Both the position numbers and the translations under genes were made by a program. This document shows positions 20,401-30,764 of a stretch of 64,000 bases of DNA, piece after piece. Each line of letters starts with the position of its first letter. Positions within the stretch are counted from its first letter, which is position 1. Below the pieces are notes generated by a model. The model had not been told where the DNA came from, searched no databases, and saw only the letters and a program-made list of their open reading frames with translations. The DNA is from an uncultured Verrucomicrobiae bacterium (GTDB lineage Bacteria; Verrucomicrobiota; Verrucomicrobiia; Chthoniobacterales; UBA10450), in the NCBI GenBank assembly GCA_963815455.1, contig CAWFGO010000003.1:544001-608000 (forward strand). Direction: 5' to 3'.

Positions 20401-21561
20401 ATGACCGGGCGCAAGTTTGTTCCAATCGTTGTCGAACAGCCTCAAAGCCGCGCTCCTCTACACGGCCGGGGCGCGTCATGGAGCCCGGCCAACCGTTTCG
20501 AAAAGCTTCATGTCGATCTAACCGATGTCGATGTCGTTGATGTCGATCCCGATGATGAGGAACGACCGCGCCGCCACACCCAGTATTTCCGCGATGCTTC
20601 CAAATCGATTATCACGCGTAACAACAGTCCCGATGTCGGATTCGAGACGAGCCTGAATCCGTATCGTGGCTGCGAACACGGCTGCATTTATTGTTATGCC
20701 AGGCCAACCCATGAATATCTCGGCTTTTCAGCCGGCCTCGATTTCGAAAGTAAAATCATGGTCAAGACCGATGCGCCGGAATTATTGTGCGCGGAAATGG
20801 AATCGCCGCGCTGGAAACCGCAAACGCTGGTAATGAGCGGCGTGACCGATCCGTATCAGCCGATCGAAAAGAAACTGCGGATCACGCGCGGTTGCCTCGA
20901 GGTGCTGGCGAAGTTTCGCAACCCGGTTGCGATCATCACCAAAAACCGCCTCGTGACACGCGATGTCGATCTTCTGCGGGAGCTGGCAAGTCATCATGCC
21001 GCGGCTGTGAATATTTCGATCACATCACTCGATCCGAAATTGCAACGGATTCTGGAACCGCGCACTTCGTCGCCCGAAGCGCGCCTCAACGCCATCCGAC
21101 AGCTTCGTGCAGCGGGAATTCCAGTTGGGGTCATGACTGCGCCGATCATTCCCGGGCTGACCGATCACGAGGTGCCGAAAATTCTCGAAGCAGCGGCCAA
21201 AGCAGGCGCGCAATTCGCCGGTTACACGATTGTGCGTTTGCCGTGGGCGGTGGCACCGCTGTTCGAGCATTGGCTGGAAGAACACTTTCCCGATCGAAAA
21301 GAGAAGGTGCTCGGGCGAATCCGAGAACTGCGCGGGAACGGCAAACTGAACAATTCGCAATGGCACACTCGCATGAGTGGCGAAGGAGCTTTTGCAGAGC
21401 AAATCGCTTCGTTGTTTGCGGTGGGTTGTCATCGTGCAGGGATCGGTGCACGACCGAAACTCTCGGCAACTGCGTTTCGAAGATCGACAACCCAAATTGA
21501 GCTGTCATTCCGAGCGAAGACAAGCGCAGTCGAGGAACCCCGCGGCATTCCTTCTCGCTAG
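20401..21561 (+). CDS. PA0069/SplB-like radical SAM DNA-repair protein
   Basis: SLNPYRGCEHGCIYCYARP (CxxxCxxC), TDPYQPIE; C-terminus runs into a REP. Confidence 0.9.
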   Translation: MTGRKFVPIVVEQPQSRAPLHGRGASWSPANRFEKLHVDLTDVDVVDVDPDDEERPRRHTQYFRDASKSIITRNNSPDVGFETSLNPYRGCEHGCIYCYARPTHEYLGFSAGLDFESKIMVKTDAPELLCAEMESPRWKPQTLVMSGVTDPYQPIEKKLRITRGCLEVLAKFRNPVAIITKNRLVTRDVDLLRELASHHAAAVNISITSLDPKLQRILEPRTSSPEARLNAIRQLRAAGIPVGVMTAPIIPGLTDHEVPKILEAAAKAGAQFAGYTIVRLPWAVAPLFEHWLEEHFPDRKEKVLGRIRELRGNGKLNNSQWHTRMSGEGAFAEQIASLFAVGCHRAGIGARPKLSATAFRRSTTQIELSFRAKTSAVEEPRGIPSR

Positions 21562-21603
21562 CGCATCGTGATCCCTCGACTTTGCTCGGGATGACAGAGT
21601 GAA

Positions 21604-22935
21604 TTATCTAGTCGCCGCGCGCGGTTGTTTGGCCAGACTGACGCGTCCCAAGATCGTTAGCATTAGGATCCCACCGACCACGCCGAACGGCGCCATGAAA
21701 TAAAAATAATTGCCCCAGCTTCGATCCAGCAGCGCCCCGAGAAAGTAACCAGCGAGACTTCCTCCGAAATATTGAAACGAATCGATCACGCCGGAAGCAA
21801 ACCCGGCCATTTTTGCGCCGCCGATGTCCATGGCCGCCGCGGTTCCGAGAATCGAGTGCGTTGAGTTAGCTGTCAGCGAAATAAGAACAAGAAAGAAAAT
21901 TGCGGCATTGACCGAGTGAAACTGCGCCGCGGCAAGAATGATGAATGTTTCCACAAAATACAGAACAGCCGCAACCGGTGCGCGACGCCCGTGAAAAACT
22001 TTGTCGGAAACAAAGCCTGAGATAAGCGAGCCGGCAGACGCCACAAATGGAATCGACGCAGCAAGGACTTGAAATTGCGCGGACTTGAAATCAACGTGAT
22101 GCACTTCTCGCATGAAAAGCGGGAACCATTGGTCGATGCCCTGGCGCACGGCGCCGGTACACGCGTATGCGCACGCTACGATCCAGACCACTGGATTTGT
22201 TACGATGATTTTGAAGACATCGGAAACCCTGGCCTGGACGTGACCGCCGGTTTCCTCATCTGGGTTTACTGGCGGAAAATTCGCCTGCTCGGGCGCGTCT
22301 TTCACAATCAGAGCCATGCAAGTGCCGATCACAAGAGCGATGCCCGCCGGGATCCAAAATAACCAACGCCAATGCAGCGGTGGAATTTGTATCAAGCCGA
22401 GAAATACAAAGCCTGCCAATAGGGCTGCGCCAAGACTGTTGATGCCAAATCGGCCGAGGTTGATCATGAATCCGAAAATGCCGGCAAATCCTCCCCGCTC
22501 GGTGGGACGGAACCAGGCTGCATTAATCTTGACCATCCCCGGTGCGCCAAACGCCTGCACATAACCGTCGATTCCGCGAATTACGACGAAAAGCCAAAGT
22601 AATCCCCAAAACGACGCGACTCCGAACACAATGTTCATGATGATCGTGCCAGCCGCCCCGATGAGCATCGCGCGTTTTCCGCCTAATCGATCGGTCAGCA
22701 GCCCGTTGATAATTTGTCCGCAAGCGTAGGCAAGTAACTGGGTTGTGATAATCGTGCCGATTTGCGCCTTGTTGAATCCGAACTCGTCACTAATGGCGCC
22801 GCTCGCCAAGGGCAGGTTGTAACGACACATGTAGAACGACGTGTAGAGCAGACCGATGAAAGCCCAGTTCAATCCGCGGCGCTGGCGAAAGCCGGGCGGA
22901 TGCGGCACAAAAACTGGAGCGTCGGCCTTAGCCAT
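21604..22935 (-). CDS. MFS transporter, GlpT/UhpC (OPA)-like
   Basis: YTSFYMCRYNL, WFRPTERG, SDKVFHGRR, GVIDSFQYFG. Confidence 0.85.
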   Translation of the reverse strand: MAKADAPVFVPHPPGFRQRRGLNWAFIGLLYTSFYMCRYNLPLASGAISDEFGFNKAQIGTIITTQLLAYACGQIINGLLTDRLGGKRAMLIGAAGTIIMNIVFGVASFWGLLWLFVVIRGIDGYVQAFGAPGMVKINAAWFRPTERGGFAGIFGFMINLGRFGINSLGAALLAGFVFLGLIQIPPLHWRWLFWIPAGIALVIGTCMALIVKDAPEQANFPPVNPDEETGGHVQARVSDVFKIIVTNPVVWIVACAYACTGAVRQGIDQWFPLFMREVHHVDFKSAQFQVLAASIPFVASAGSLISGFVSDKVFHGRRAPVAAVLYFVETFIILAAAQFHSVNAAIFFLVLISLTANSTHSILGTAAAMDIGGAKMAGFASGVIDSFQYFGGSLAGYFLGALLDRSWGNYFYFMAPFGVVGGILMLTILGRVSLAKQPRAATR

Positions 22936-23022
22936 CCTTCACCAGAATGAGCGGCGATGGAGGAACGAGACAACTAAAAACGTTGTTGAGCTTTCCCAAA
23001 CATCTCGGAGGATGCCCGCATC

Positions 23023-23571
23023 ATGTCATTGACCATCGAGAATCTGCACATTGGAATGAAGGTGAATCATCCACGCTACGGCGTCGGCGTGGTGAAAGCG
23101 CTGACTGAACACACGGCCGATATTTCGTTCGACGATGCCCCGCGAACTCTGGATCCGGCGTCGGCTGATCTCGCGTCGGCCGAAGCGACTGCGACCTTGC
23201 GCGAGCTGCAAGTTCCGCTCGCGAATCTAATCCGCGACACCGCTCAAGCGACGGTGGAAGCGCTGGGCCTGGAAAAAAAAGACGCGCTGGTCGAAGGACT
23301 GGCCACTCGCTGGCAGCGTGGAAACCTCGTTATGCAATCCGCCGACTCCTCGCTGCAACCGAAAGAAGTGCCGCTCGAAACTTTCTTTCACAAGATCGTC
23401 ATGATCCGAAACAATCTTCGCGTGCTCGAACAGAAAGTGAACGCCAGCGACAAACTGAGCGATGCCGACAAGTTCGACATACAACAATACATCACCCGCT
23501 GCTACGGCTCGCTCACCACATTTAACGTCTTGTTCAAGAACAAAGAGGATCAGTTTTCGACAAGCAAATAG
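23023..23571 (+). CDS. Conserved hypothetical protein
   Basis: KVNHPRYGVG N-terminus; FFHKIVMIRNNLRVLEQKVN...YITRCYGSLTTFN. Confidence 0.75.
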   Translation: MSLTIENLHIGMKVNHPRYGVGVVKALTEHTADISFDDAPRTLDPASADLASAEATATLRELQVPLANLIRDTAQATVEALGLEKKDALVEGLATRWQRGNLVMQSADSSLQPKEVPLETFFHKIVMIRNNLRVLEQKVNASDKLSDADKFDIQQYITRCYGSLTTFNVLFKNKEDQFSTSK

Positions 23572-23837
23572 ATCACGCGTTAGGGCCTGCTCGTAAACAA
23601 TGCTTGTCTCCTGAGCGCAGCGAAGGACCTCGCGAAAACTGCCTGCGCTCACATACTTTGCTGCCTGTTGTTGCTGCGAGGAGGTCGCGAACGCTTGCGG
23701 GATAATCGGCAAGTTGCGGGATCCTTTCCGTTCGACTCGCGATCGCTCGCTCAGGACAAGCTCACAAAGTGACCGCGCACAGCCGGTAAAAAAATGGATG
23801 CAACGTCACGTTGCCCGCTCAGGATGACGGCGTTTAA

Positions 23838-25202
23838 TTAGCCGAACCAGACCGTTTTGGCGTTCATGAATTCGCGGATTCCAGCCGCGCCGAGTTCGCG
23901 GCCAAACCCGGAGCGCTTTACTCCGCCGAACGGCAATCGTGGATCCGACGCGACCATGGCGTTGATGAAAACCATTCCCGCTTCGAGTTGCGAGGCGAAG
24001 AGTTCCTGTTCGGCACGATCGCCTGTCCACGCACTCGCGCCCAGGCCAAACGAAGAATCATTGGCAATTTCGATCGCCTCCGCGGAATCGCGTACGCGAA
24101 AGATCGCCGCCACCGGCCCAAAAATTTCTTCGCGATAAGCCGGCGAATTCTTCGGAACATCGACAAGGACAGTCGGTTCGTAGAAAAATCCCGACCCATG
24201 GATGCGATTTCCGCCGGTTAGCAATTTCGCGCCGGCCGCGATCGATTTCTGGACCTGCTCGTGCACGCCATTCAGAATTTGCTCGGTGGCCAGCGGACCA
24301 ATATCGGTCGTTTCATCCAACGGATCGCCAATTTTCAACGCGCGCATTCGCTCCACGAATTCCGTAAGAAACTTGTCGTAGATCTTGTCCGCCACGAGCA
24401 GCCGCTTTGCCGCGATACACGATTGCCCGGTGTTGAGTGTCCGCGCCTTTACCGCCGTGGAAATCGCGTTCTCGAAATCTGCGCTCGGCATCACAATAAA
24501 TGGATCGCTACCACCAAGCTCCAGCACCGCTTTCTTTATTTCGCGCGCCGCCGCGCTCGCCACTGCGGCACCCGCTTTCTCGCTTCCGGTAAGGGTGACC
24601 GCCTTTACGCGAGGATCGACAATGATCTTTTCAACCTGGTCGGATTCGATGAGCAACGTCTGGAAAATGCCTTCCTCAAATCCGGCCCGGCAAAAAATTT
24701 CTTCGATGGCAAGCGCACACTGAGGCACGTTGGCGGCGTGTTTGAGAAGTCCCACGTTGCCTGCCATCAACGCCGGCACGGCAAAGCGGAATACCTGCCA
24801 AAACGGAAAATTCCACGGCATGACCGCAAGGACCGCTCCGATCGGTTCGTAATGAACATAGCTCCGCGCGGCATCGGTTTGCCCAGCCTCGTCCTCGAGA
24901 AACCGCTCGGCATTTTCCGCATAATATCGGCAGCAGCGCGCGCATTTCTCGATTTCCTCGCCGGCCGCGCGCAGGAGCTTGCCCATCTCCAGGGTCATAA
25001 CACGCGCGAACTTGTCTTTCTCGCGCTCGAGCAACGAAGCGGCCGCCGTCATTAGTTGGGCCCGAGCAGAAAATGGCTGTCGTCGATGCAGCTCAAATGC
25101 CTTCTCGGCCCGATCGAGCCGTTTCTCGATCTCCTTTTCATCGAACGCCGAAAATTCTTTCAGCTTCTCGCCCGTAGCCGGATTAATCGATGTGATGGCC
25201 AT
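23838..25202 (-). CDS. NAD(P)-dependent succinate-semialdehyde dehydrogenase (GabD/Sad-like)
   Basis: SINPATGE, MPWNFPFWQ, LELGGSDP, GQSCIA, EEIFGP, PFGGVKRSG. Confidence 0.9.
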   Translation of the reverse strand: MAITSINPATGEKLKEFSAFDEKEIEKRLDRAEKAFELHRRQPFSARAQLMTAAASLLEREKDKFARVMTLEMGKLLRAAGEEIEKCARCCRYYAENAERFLEDEAGQTDAARSYVHYEPIGAVLAVMPWNFPFWQVFRFAVPALMAGNVGLLKHAANVPQCALAIEEIFCRAGFEEGIFQTLLIESDQVEKIIVDPRVKAVTLTGSEKAGAAVASAAAREIKKAVLELGGSDPFIVMPSADFENAISTAVKARTLNTGQSCIAAKRLLVADKIYDKFLTEFVERMRALKIGDPLDETTDIGPLATEQILNGVHEQVQKSIAAGAKLLTGGNRIHGSGFFYEPTVLVDVPKNSPAYREEIFGPVAAIFRVRDSAEAIEIANDSSFGLGASAWTGDRAEQELFASQLEAGMVFINAMVASDPRLPFGGVKRSGFGRELGAAGIREFMNAKTVWFG

Positions 25203-25330
25203 ACAATGTAATAAACGCATGCCGACACGCTGTCATCCTGAGCGAAGTCGAAGGATCCCGTGGAGTTGCCTCTAGGTATGCATCGGGATTCCTCGACTTC
25301 TCTCGGAATGACGGCTCAAGCAGACCGCCG

Positions 25331-26854
25331 CTACAGGCGCAACCCCTTCGGAATCAAGACGCGGTCGAGCAAATCGAAAAGCGATTGCACGAGCAGCGCC
25401 AGCAACGCCGCTGGGATCGCTCCCTCAAGAATTGTCACGTGATCGTTCAAGTTCAGTCCGCTCAGGATTGGCTCCCCCAGCCCGCCGGCACCGATCAGCG
25501 CCGCCAGCGTTGCGGTCCCGATATTGATCACGGCGCTGGTCTTGATTCCCGATAAAATCGACCGCGACGCCATTGGCAAATAAATTTGCCACAATTGCGC
25601 AGCTGGTTTGAGCCCGAGGGCAATCGCCGATTCGCGCAACGATCGCGGAATGTCCTGCAAACCGCTTGCGGTGTTGCGCACGATCGGGAGCAGACCATAA
25701 AGAAAAAGCGCCGCGATCGCGGTTCGCACGCTGATTCCAAAGAACGGAAGCGGAACGAGCAATGCGAGTAATGCGAGCGACGGAATCGTTTGCATGACTC
25801 CAGCGAACCCAAGAATCAGGTGTCCAACTGCGCCGCCGCGGCTGGCAAAAATGCCAAGCGGAATTCCTACGATCACCGCCAGAAGCAGCGAAAAACCCGC
25901 CAGTTCGAGATGACGCACCGTCCAGCGGACGAGTTTATGCAAAAACGATTCTCCTGTGTTGGTTGATGTCGATCTTGCGCCATTATCGAAATACAAACTC
26001 GCGGCTCGGGCGTAGTTCTTCGCGCGCTCGGCTTCGGCGTTGAGCCGAATCATTTTCGCTTCGTTGATTGTTCCTTCCAGTTTGCGCAAGGCGGCGATCG
26101 TCGATCCTGGCAGCGAGAGCCGGTACAAGAACACCGCTTCGTAACGCGGAAAAAATTCCAGATCATCGTTTAGAGTGACCAAATCGTATTCGGCAATTTT
26201 GGCATCGGTCGAGTAAGCATCTTTCACGTCGATCTCGCCGCTCTTCAGCGCGGCGTAACCGAGGGCATGATCGATCCCGATGACGTTCGGGAGATTCAAC
26301 TGATAGCGCGCGACCAGAGGCTGCCAGCCGTCCTGTCGATCCAGGAATTCATGGGTGAGCCCGATCTTCAGTTCAGGATGACTTCGCAAATCGCTGATGT
26401 TGCGAATCGCGAGCCGCTTCGCTTCATCCTTCCGCATGACAAGCGCATATGTGTTGTTAAAGCCGAGGGGCTCGGTCATTCCAACGCCGGATTTCGCCAA
26501 CGCGTCGCGCATGTTCGCTTGTCGATCCTTCAATATTTCTTCGCAAATGGTGCCCGTGTATTCGGGATAGAGATCGATTTGGCCACCCTGAAGCGCCTGC
26601 CAGAGAATGATCGTGCCCCCCATGCCTTGTCGATGTTCGGCAGAAATTCCGGCATCGTTCAATGTCCGTGTCGCAATTTCGCCCAATACATACGACTCGG
26701 TAAATTTCTTCGAGCCAACCACGACCGGTTGCGCCGACAGAGAAGAAGAAATAATAATCAGGAAAGCAGGAAGGCAGGAAATGACATGGCTCCGCTTTCC
26801 GATACAAAATCCTCGACCCCCTTCCTGTTTTCCTGCTTTCCTGATTCCTCTCAT
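25331..26854 (-). CDS. Betaine-type ABC transporter, fused substrate-binding domain and permease
   Basis: VGSKKFTESYVL, YPEYTGT, LGFNNTYAL; permease QTIPSLALL, LAALIGAGGLG. Confidence 0.9.
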   Translation of the reverse strand: MRGIRKAGKQEGGRGFCIGKRSHVISCLPAFLIIISSSLSAQPVVVGSKKFTESYVLGEIATRTLNDAGISAEHRQGMGGTIILWQALQGGQIDLYPEYTGTICEEILKDRQANMRDALAKSGVGMTEPLGFNNTYALVMRKDEAKRLAIRNISDLRSHPELKIGLTHEFLDRQDGWQPLVARYQLNLPNVIGIDHALGYAALKSGEIDVKDAYSTDAKIAEYDLVTLNDDLEFFPRYEAVFLYRLSLPGSTIAALRKLEGTINEAKMIRLNAEAERAKNYARAASLYFDNGARSTSTNTGESFLHKLVRWTVRHLELAGFSLLLAVIVGIPLGIFASRGGAVGHLILGFAGVMQTIPSLALLALLVPLPFFGISVRTAIAALFLYGLLPIVRNTASGLQDIPRSLRESAIALGLKPAAQLWQIYLPMASRSILSGIKTSAVINIGTATLAALIGAGGLGEPILSGLNLNDHVTILEGAIPAALLALLVQSLFDLLDRVLIPKGLRL

Positions 26855-27594
26855 ATAAGCGCAAGGCCTCGCTGGGCGTTGATGAATTCGGAGACGAATC
26901 CATTCACGGGTTTTTCTCGAAGATCGACAATCGATCCCTGCTGCACGATTCGGCCTTCGTTCATGAGCACGATCTCATCGCCGAGATAAGCGGCTTCGGC
27001 GAGATCATGCGTCACCAGGAGCGCGGTCTGTTTCAAATTCGCAAAGATTTCCTTCAGATCTTTTTGCAGCGACGCTCGGACGAGCGGATCGAGCGCGCCG
27101 AGCGGTTCGTCGAGCAACAACAATTCGGGCGCGAGCATGAGCGCACGCATCAGACTAACCCGCTGACGCTGGCCACCGGAAAGTTCAAGCGGATAACGCG
27201 AAAGCAGAGTCTCGGAAAATCGTGTCAGCTCGCACAATTCGGAAAGACGTTCCCGCGTCTTGTTTTCGTCTTTTGCGAGATGTCGGGCCATTAAAAGGAC
27301 ATTGGCCCGCGCCGTAAGATGAGGAAATAAGCCGCCTTCTTGAATCACGTAACCGATCCGGCGGCGGACGTTGTCGATCTTATCAGGAGCTATCCGCGCC
27401 CCATCGAATTCAATTGTTCCGGTGTCGGGTTCGACTAAACCAATGACCAGACGCAGTAATGTGGATTTGCCGCACCCGCTAGGCCCGATCAGCGCCGTCG
27501 TTCTGCCATTCTCGACGGCAAGATTGGTCGCGTGCAAAGCCGACGTGCCGGCGTAGCGCTTGCTGACACTGTTGAGCCGAACAAGTGCAGTCAT
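26851..27594 (-). CDS. ABC transporter ATP-binding subunit (OpuBA-like)
   Basis: GPSGCGKST, LSGGQRQR, LLLDEP; ATGA overlap with the downstream gene. Confidence 0.92.
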   Translation of the reverse strand: MTALVRLNSVSKRYAGTSALHATNLAVENGRTTALIGPSGCGKSTLLRLVIGLVEPDTGTIEFDGARIAPDKIDNVRRRIGYVIQEGGLFPHLTARANVLLMARHLAKDENKTRERLSELCELTRFSETLLSRYPLELSGGQRQRVSLMRALMLAPELLLLDEPLGALDPLVRASLQKDLKEIFANLKQTALLVTHDLAEAAYLGDEIVLMNEGRIVQQGSIVDLREKPVNGFVSEFINAQRGLALI

Positions 27595-27805
27595 TGTTGC
27601 AGCCGCGGGCGTCGACCGTGGCCGGGGTCAGCGCCCCCGGCTACAGGTGAAATTGCAAAACGTTGCCCAAACGCGTTCATTTCTCCTGTCATGCTGAGCG
27701 AAAGCCTGCCCTGAGCCAAGGCCGAATGGGTCTCTCGGAGATCATCAGAGATCCCTCGACTCCGCTCCCGCCACGGCGGGCAGGCGGCATGACAACAGCC
27801 GGCGG

Positions 27806-28783
27806 CTAGCTTGCCACAGTGAAATAGAAAACGCCAAACAGACGCGCGTCGTCCGTCCACATTTTTTCAAAATCGAATCCGGCACTGTCCGCAAGTGCCG
27901 AGAAACTCTCCGATGTGTGCTTGTAGGAATACTCCGTAAGAATTTTTTCGCCGGCACCGAATTCAAACTGCCGATTTTCGATGCGCACCTTCTGGTCGAT
28001 GTCGCTGATCAGGTACATTTCGATGCGGCCCTCGTTTGAATTGTAGATCGCGCGGTGCCGCCAATGGGCCAGATCGAAATCGGCCCCGAGCTCGCGATTT
28101 GCCCGCACGAGCAAATTCAAATTAAATTCGGCGGTCACGCCCTGGGCGTCATTGTAAGCGGCCTCGATGATATTTCGATCTTTTCGCAGATCGACGCCGA
28201 TGAGCAGGCCGCTACCGTGGCCGCAGAGCTTCGCAATCCGGCCGAGGAAACCGGCCGCTTCGTCCGGCTCAAAGTTGCCGATGGTCGATCCGGGGAAATA
28301 AACGACCTTGCGCGACGCCGCGGTGCGCGGCGAAGGAAGCACGACTGGCTGCAAATAATCGGCCGCGACGGGCAGGACTTCGAGATCGGGAAAGGTCTTC
28401 CGAAAAACCGCGGCGGATTCGTGGAGTTGCTTCTCGGAAATATCGACCGGCATGTAGACAGCGGGTTTATCGAGCGCTTCGACGAGAATTCGTGTTTTAG
28501 TTCCGGCGCCGGTGCCGAGGCCGATCAGCTCGATGTTCGAGCCGAGACGCGACGCAATCTCAGCGCGATATCGATCCAGGATCGCGATCTCTGTTCGAGT
28601 AACATAATATTCCGGCAGCTCGCAGATTTTTTGGAACAATCCGGCGCCGCGCGCGTCATAAAAATATTTGCACGGCAGCGTCCGCGGCGTGCTGGAAAGA
28701 CCGGCGATAACATCGGCAAAGAAATCCGTGCCGGCGGGTGCGACTGCAGTTGGTGATCGTGCCGTCATTAGTGAATTTGCCAT
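27806..28783 (-). CDS. egtD: L-histidine N-alpha-trimethyltransferase
   Basis: LPCKYFYD, LPEYYVTRTE, PGSTIGNF, AAYNDAQGVTAEFN, TEYSYK. Confidence 0.92.
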   Translation of the reverse strand: MANSLMTARSPTAVAPAGTDFFADVIAGLSSTPRTLPCKYFYDARGAGLFQKICELPEYYVTRTEIAILDRYRAEIASRLGSNIELIGLGTGAGTKTRILVEALDKPAVYMPVDISEKQLHESAAVFRKTFPDLEVLPVAADYLQPVVLPSPRTAASRKVVYFPGSTIGNFEPDEAAGFLGRIAKLCGHGSGLLIGVDLRKDRNIIEAAYNDAQGVTAEFNLNLLVRANRELGADFDLAHWRHRAIYNSNEGRIEMYLISDIDQKVRIENRQFEFGAGEKILTEYSYKHTSESFSALADSAGFDFEKMWTDDARLFGVFYFTVAS

Positions 28784-28849
28784 GGTTGCGCAACGTTTTA
28801 CTCGGCGCGTCCGAAAATGCCAGTCCGGCTCGGACCCGCGCCTAATAAA

Positions 28850-30260
28850 TCATTTTAGATCGCGTGCGAGTCTAATCCCGGTGAACTGCCAGCGTTTTTC
28901 GGGTTGGAAGAAATTGCGATAGGTGTGGCGAATGTGCGTGCGCGACGTCGCGCAGGAACCACCGCGCAAAACGTATTGGTTACACATGAACTTCCCATTG
29001 TATTCGCCGAGCGCCCCGGCTCGGCCCGATAACCGGGGTAAGGCGAATACGAGCTGCGCGTCCATTCCCAAACGTCGCCAAACATTTGCTGGAGCTGTGC
29101 CGAACATCCTCACCTGGAGCTTCGCAGCCCCTCGCCCATCGAAGGGAGAGGATGAGGCGAGTGCAGATCACGGTTAGCCGGATGAAACATTTCGGTTTCG
29201 ACGAAATTGCCGTCGATGCCTACCGCGCCGTAGCCTTGCCCAGGCGGGTCGATCTTCGTTGCGGCGTGTTCCCATTCGAATTCGGTAGGCAACCGCGCCC
29301 CGCTCCAATTGGCGAAGGCATCGGCCTCGAAATAACTGATGTGCGTGACCGGCTCATTTGGATCGACCGGGCGAAATCCGGACAGAGTAAAGTTCCACCA
29401 GGCGCCATCGCGTTTGGTCCAGTAGAGCGGAGCCTGCCAGCGCTGTTCGTTTACGTCGTCCAGCCGAGCGATAACCAGAATTCAGATCGTGCGTAGCCGT
29501 TGTCTTCGATGAAAGCGATGTATTCGCCATTGGTGACCGGTCGCGAGGCCAGGAAAAAAGCGGGAACCAGCGCGCGATGCCGGGGACCTTCGTTGTCGTA
29601 GGAAAATCCGTCGCCGTCGTGCCCGATTTCAGTAATCACTTCATCAAACTCAACGAATTTGGCAGAGGCGATGTCGATCTTGCGGTCCATGATCGGGCGC
29701 TCGCGGAAAACGGGATAGAGCGGGTTTTGGGAGAAGACGTGTTTGATATCGGTGACGAGAAGTTCCTGGTGCTGTTGCTCGTGATGGATGCCGAGAACAA
29801 TCAATGGTTCGATTTCATCGAGAAGCTTTTCGCCGGCGCCGGAGACAAGGTGATCGACGTGTTCGTCGATGGCGGAACGGTAGCGGTGCGTTTCTTCAAC
29901 GGTCGGGCGCGAGATCAACCCTCGAAGATCGCGGCGGTGCATGTCGCCCGCGGCGTTGTAATAAGAATTAAAAAGGTAGGCGTACTGCGGGTTTTCGGGA
30001 CGATACCCGCTGATCCATTTCTTGAGAATGAATGTCTCGAAAAACCAGGTGGTGTGGGCGAGGTGCCATTTGGTTGGGCTCACATCCGGCATCGATTGCA
30101 CGACGCAATCTTCGGCTGCGAGTCCCGAGCAAAGCGAGGTGGTAAAACGGCGAACATCGTGAAAGCGCGCCAGCAAACGCGCGCTCCGCGACGATGTGGA
30201 CCCGGCCCGGGTCGACGACATCGGCGTCTCTTCAATTGTCGCTGCCGCCGTTCGACTCAC
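28850..30260 (-). CDS. egtB: Ergothioneine sulfoxide synthase (frameshifted)
   Basis: [59 protein letters not shown]. Confidence 0.9.
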
Positions 30261-30661
30261 GCGGTTCCTCCTTCCTCTTCGATTTCTTCCTTGCGCGCTT
30301 CCAGCATTTGATCGTGCGTCGCTTCCTCAACTCCTCCCGTAACCAGATGCTCGCCGATCGTTTCCTCTTCTTCGTCAACGCCAGGTCGCGGCATACGTTT
30401 CCCGCGTGAAGGCGCGGGCACGTACCAATCGTCGGTCAGCTCGGCGCTTTGCTTGGTTTCCTCCGGCGGAGTGGGATGCTCCGCGCCGCCCAATTCTTTG
30501 CGGGCCTGGGTCCAATCGGCTTCGGTAAATTCCTCCGGATCGCGCTCGTCGATCATTGCAATCTCGCGAGCCCGCCGTTCAATGTCCTCCGGCGAAGGCA
30601 CACCCATGCCATTTCCATGCAACGAAATTTTTCCCGCGCCTTCCTGTGAGAAATCACTCAT
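30257..30661 (-). CDS. Acidic hypothetical protein
   Basis: 134 aa ORF overlapping the egtB start; IERRAREIA motif. Confidence 0.65.
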   Translation of the reverse strand: MSDFSQEGAGKISLHGNGMGVPSPEDIERRAREIAMIDERDPEEFTEADWTQARKELGGAEHPTPPEETKQSAELTDDWYVPAPSRGKRMPRPGVDEEEETIGEHLVTGGVEEATHDQMLEARKEEIEEEGGTA

Positions 30662-30764
30662 ATCATTGAATACGCAATTGGGATGCGGATTGTCTGTCTA
30701 ATCACAAAGATAACTTGGATGTTGTCGATGCGAAGAGTTTTTTTATTGGTGGGTGCCCGTGGCA

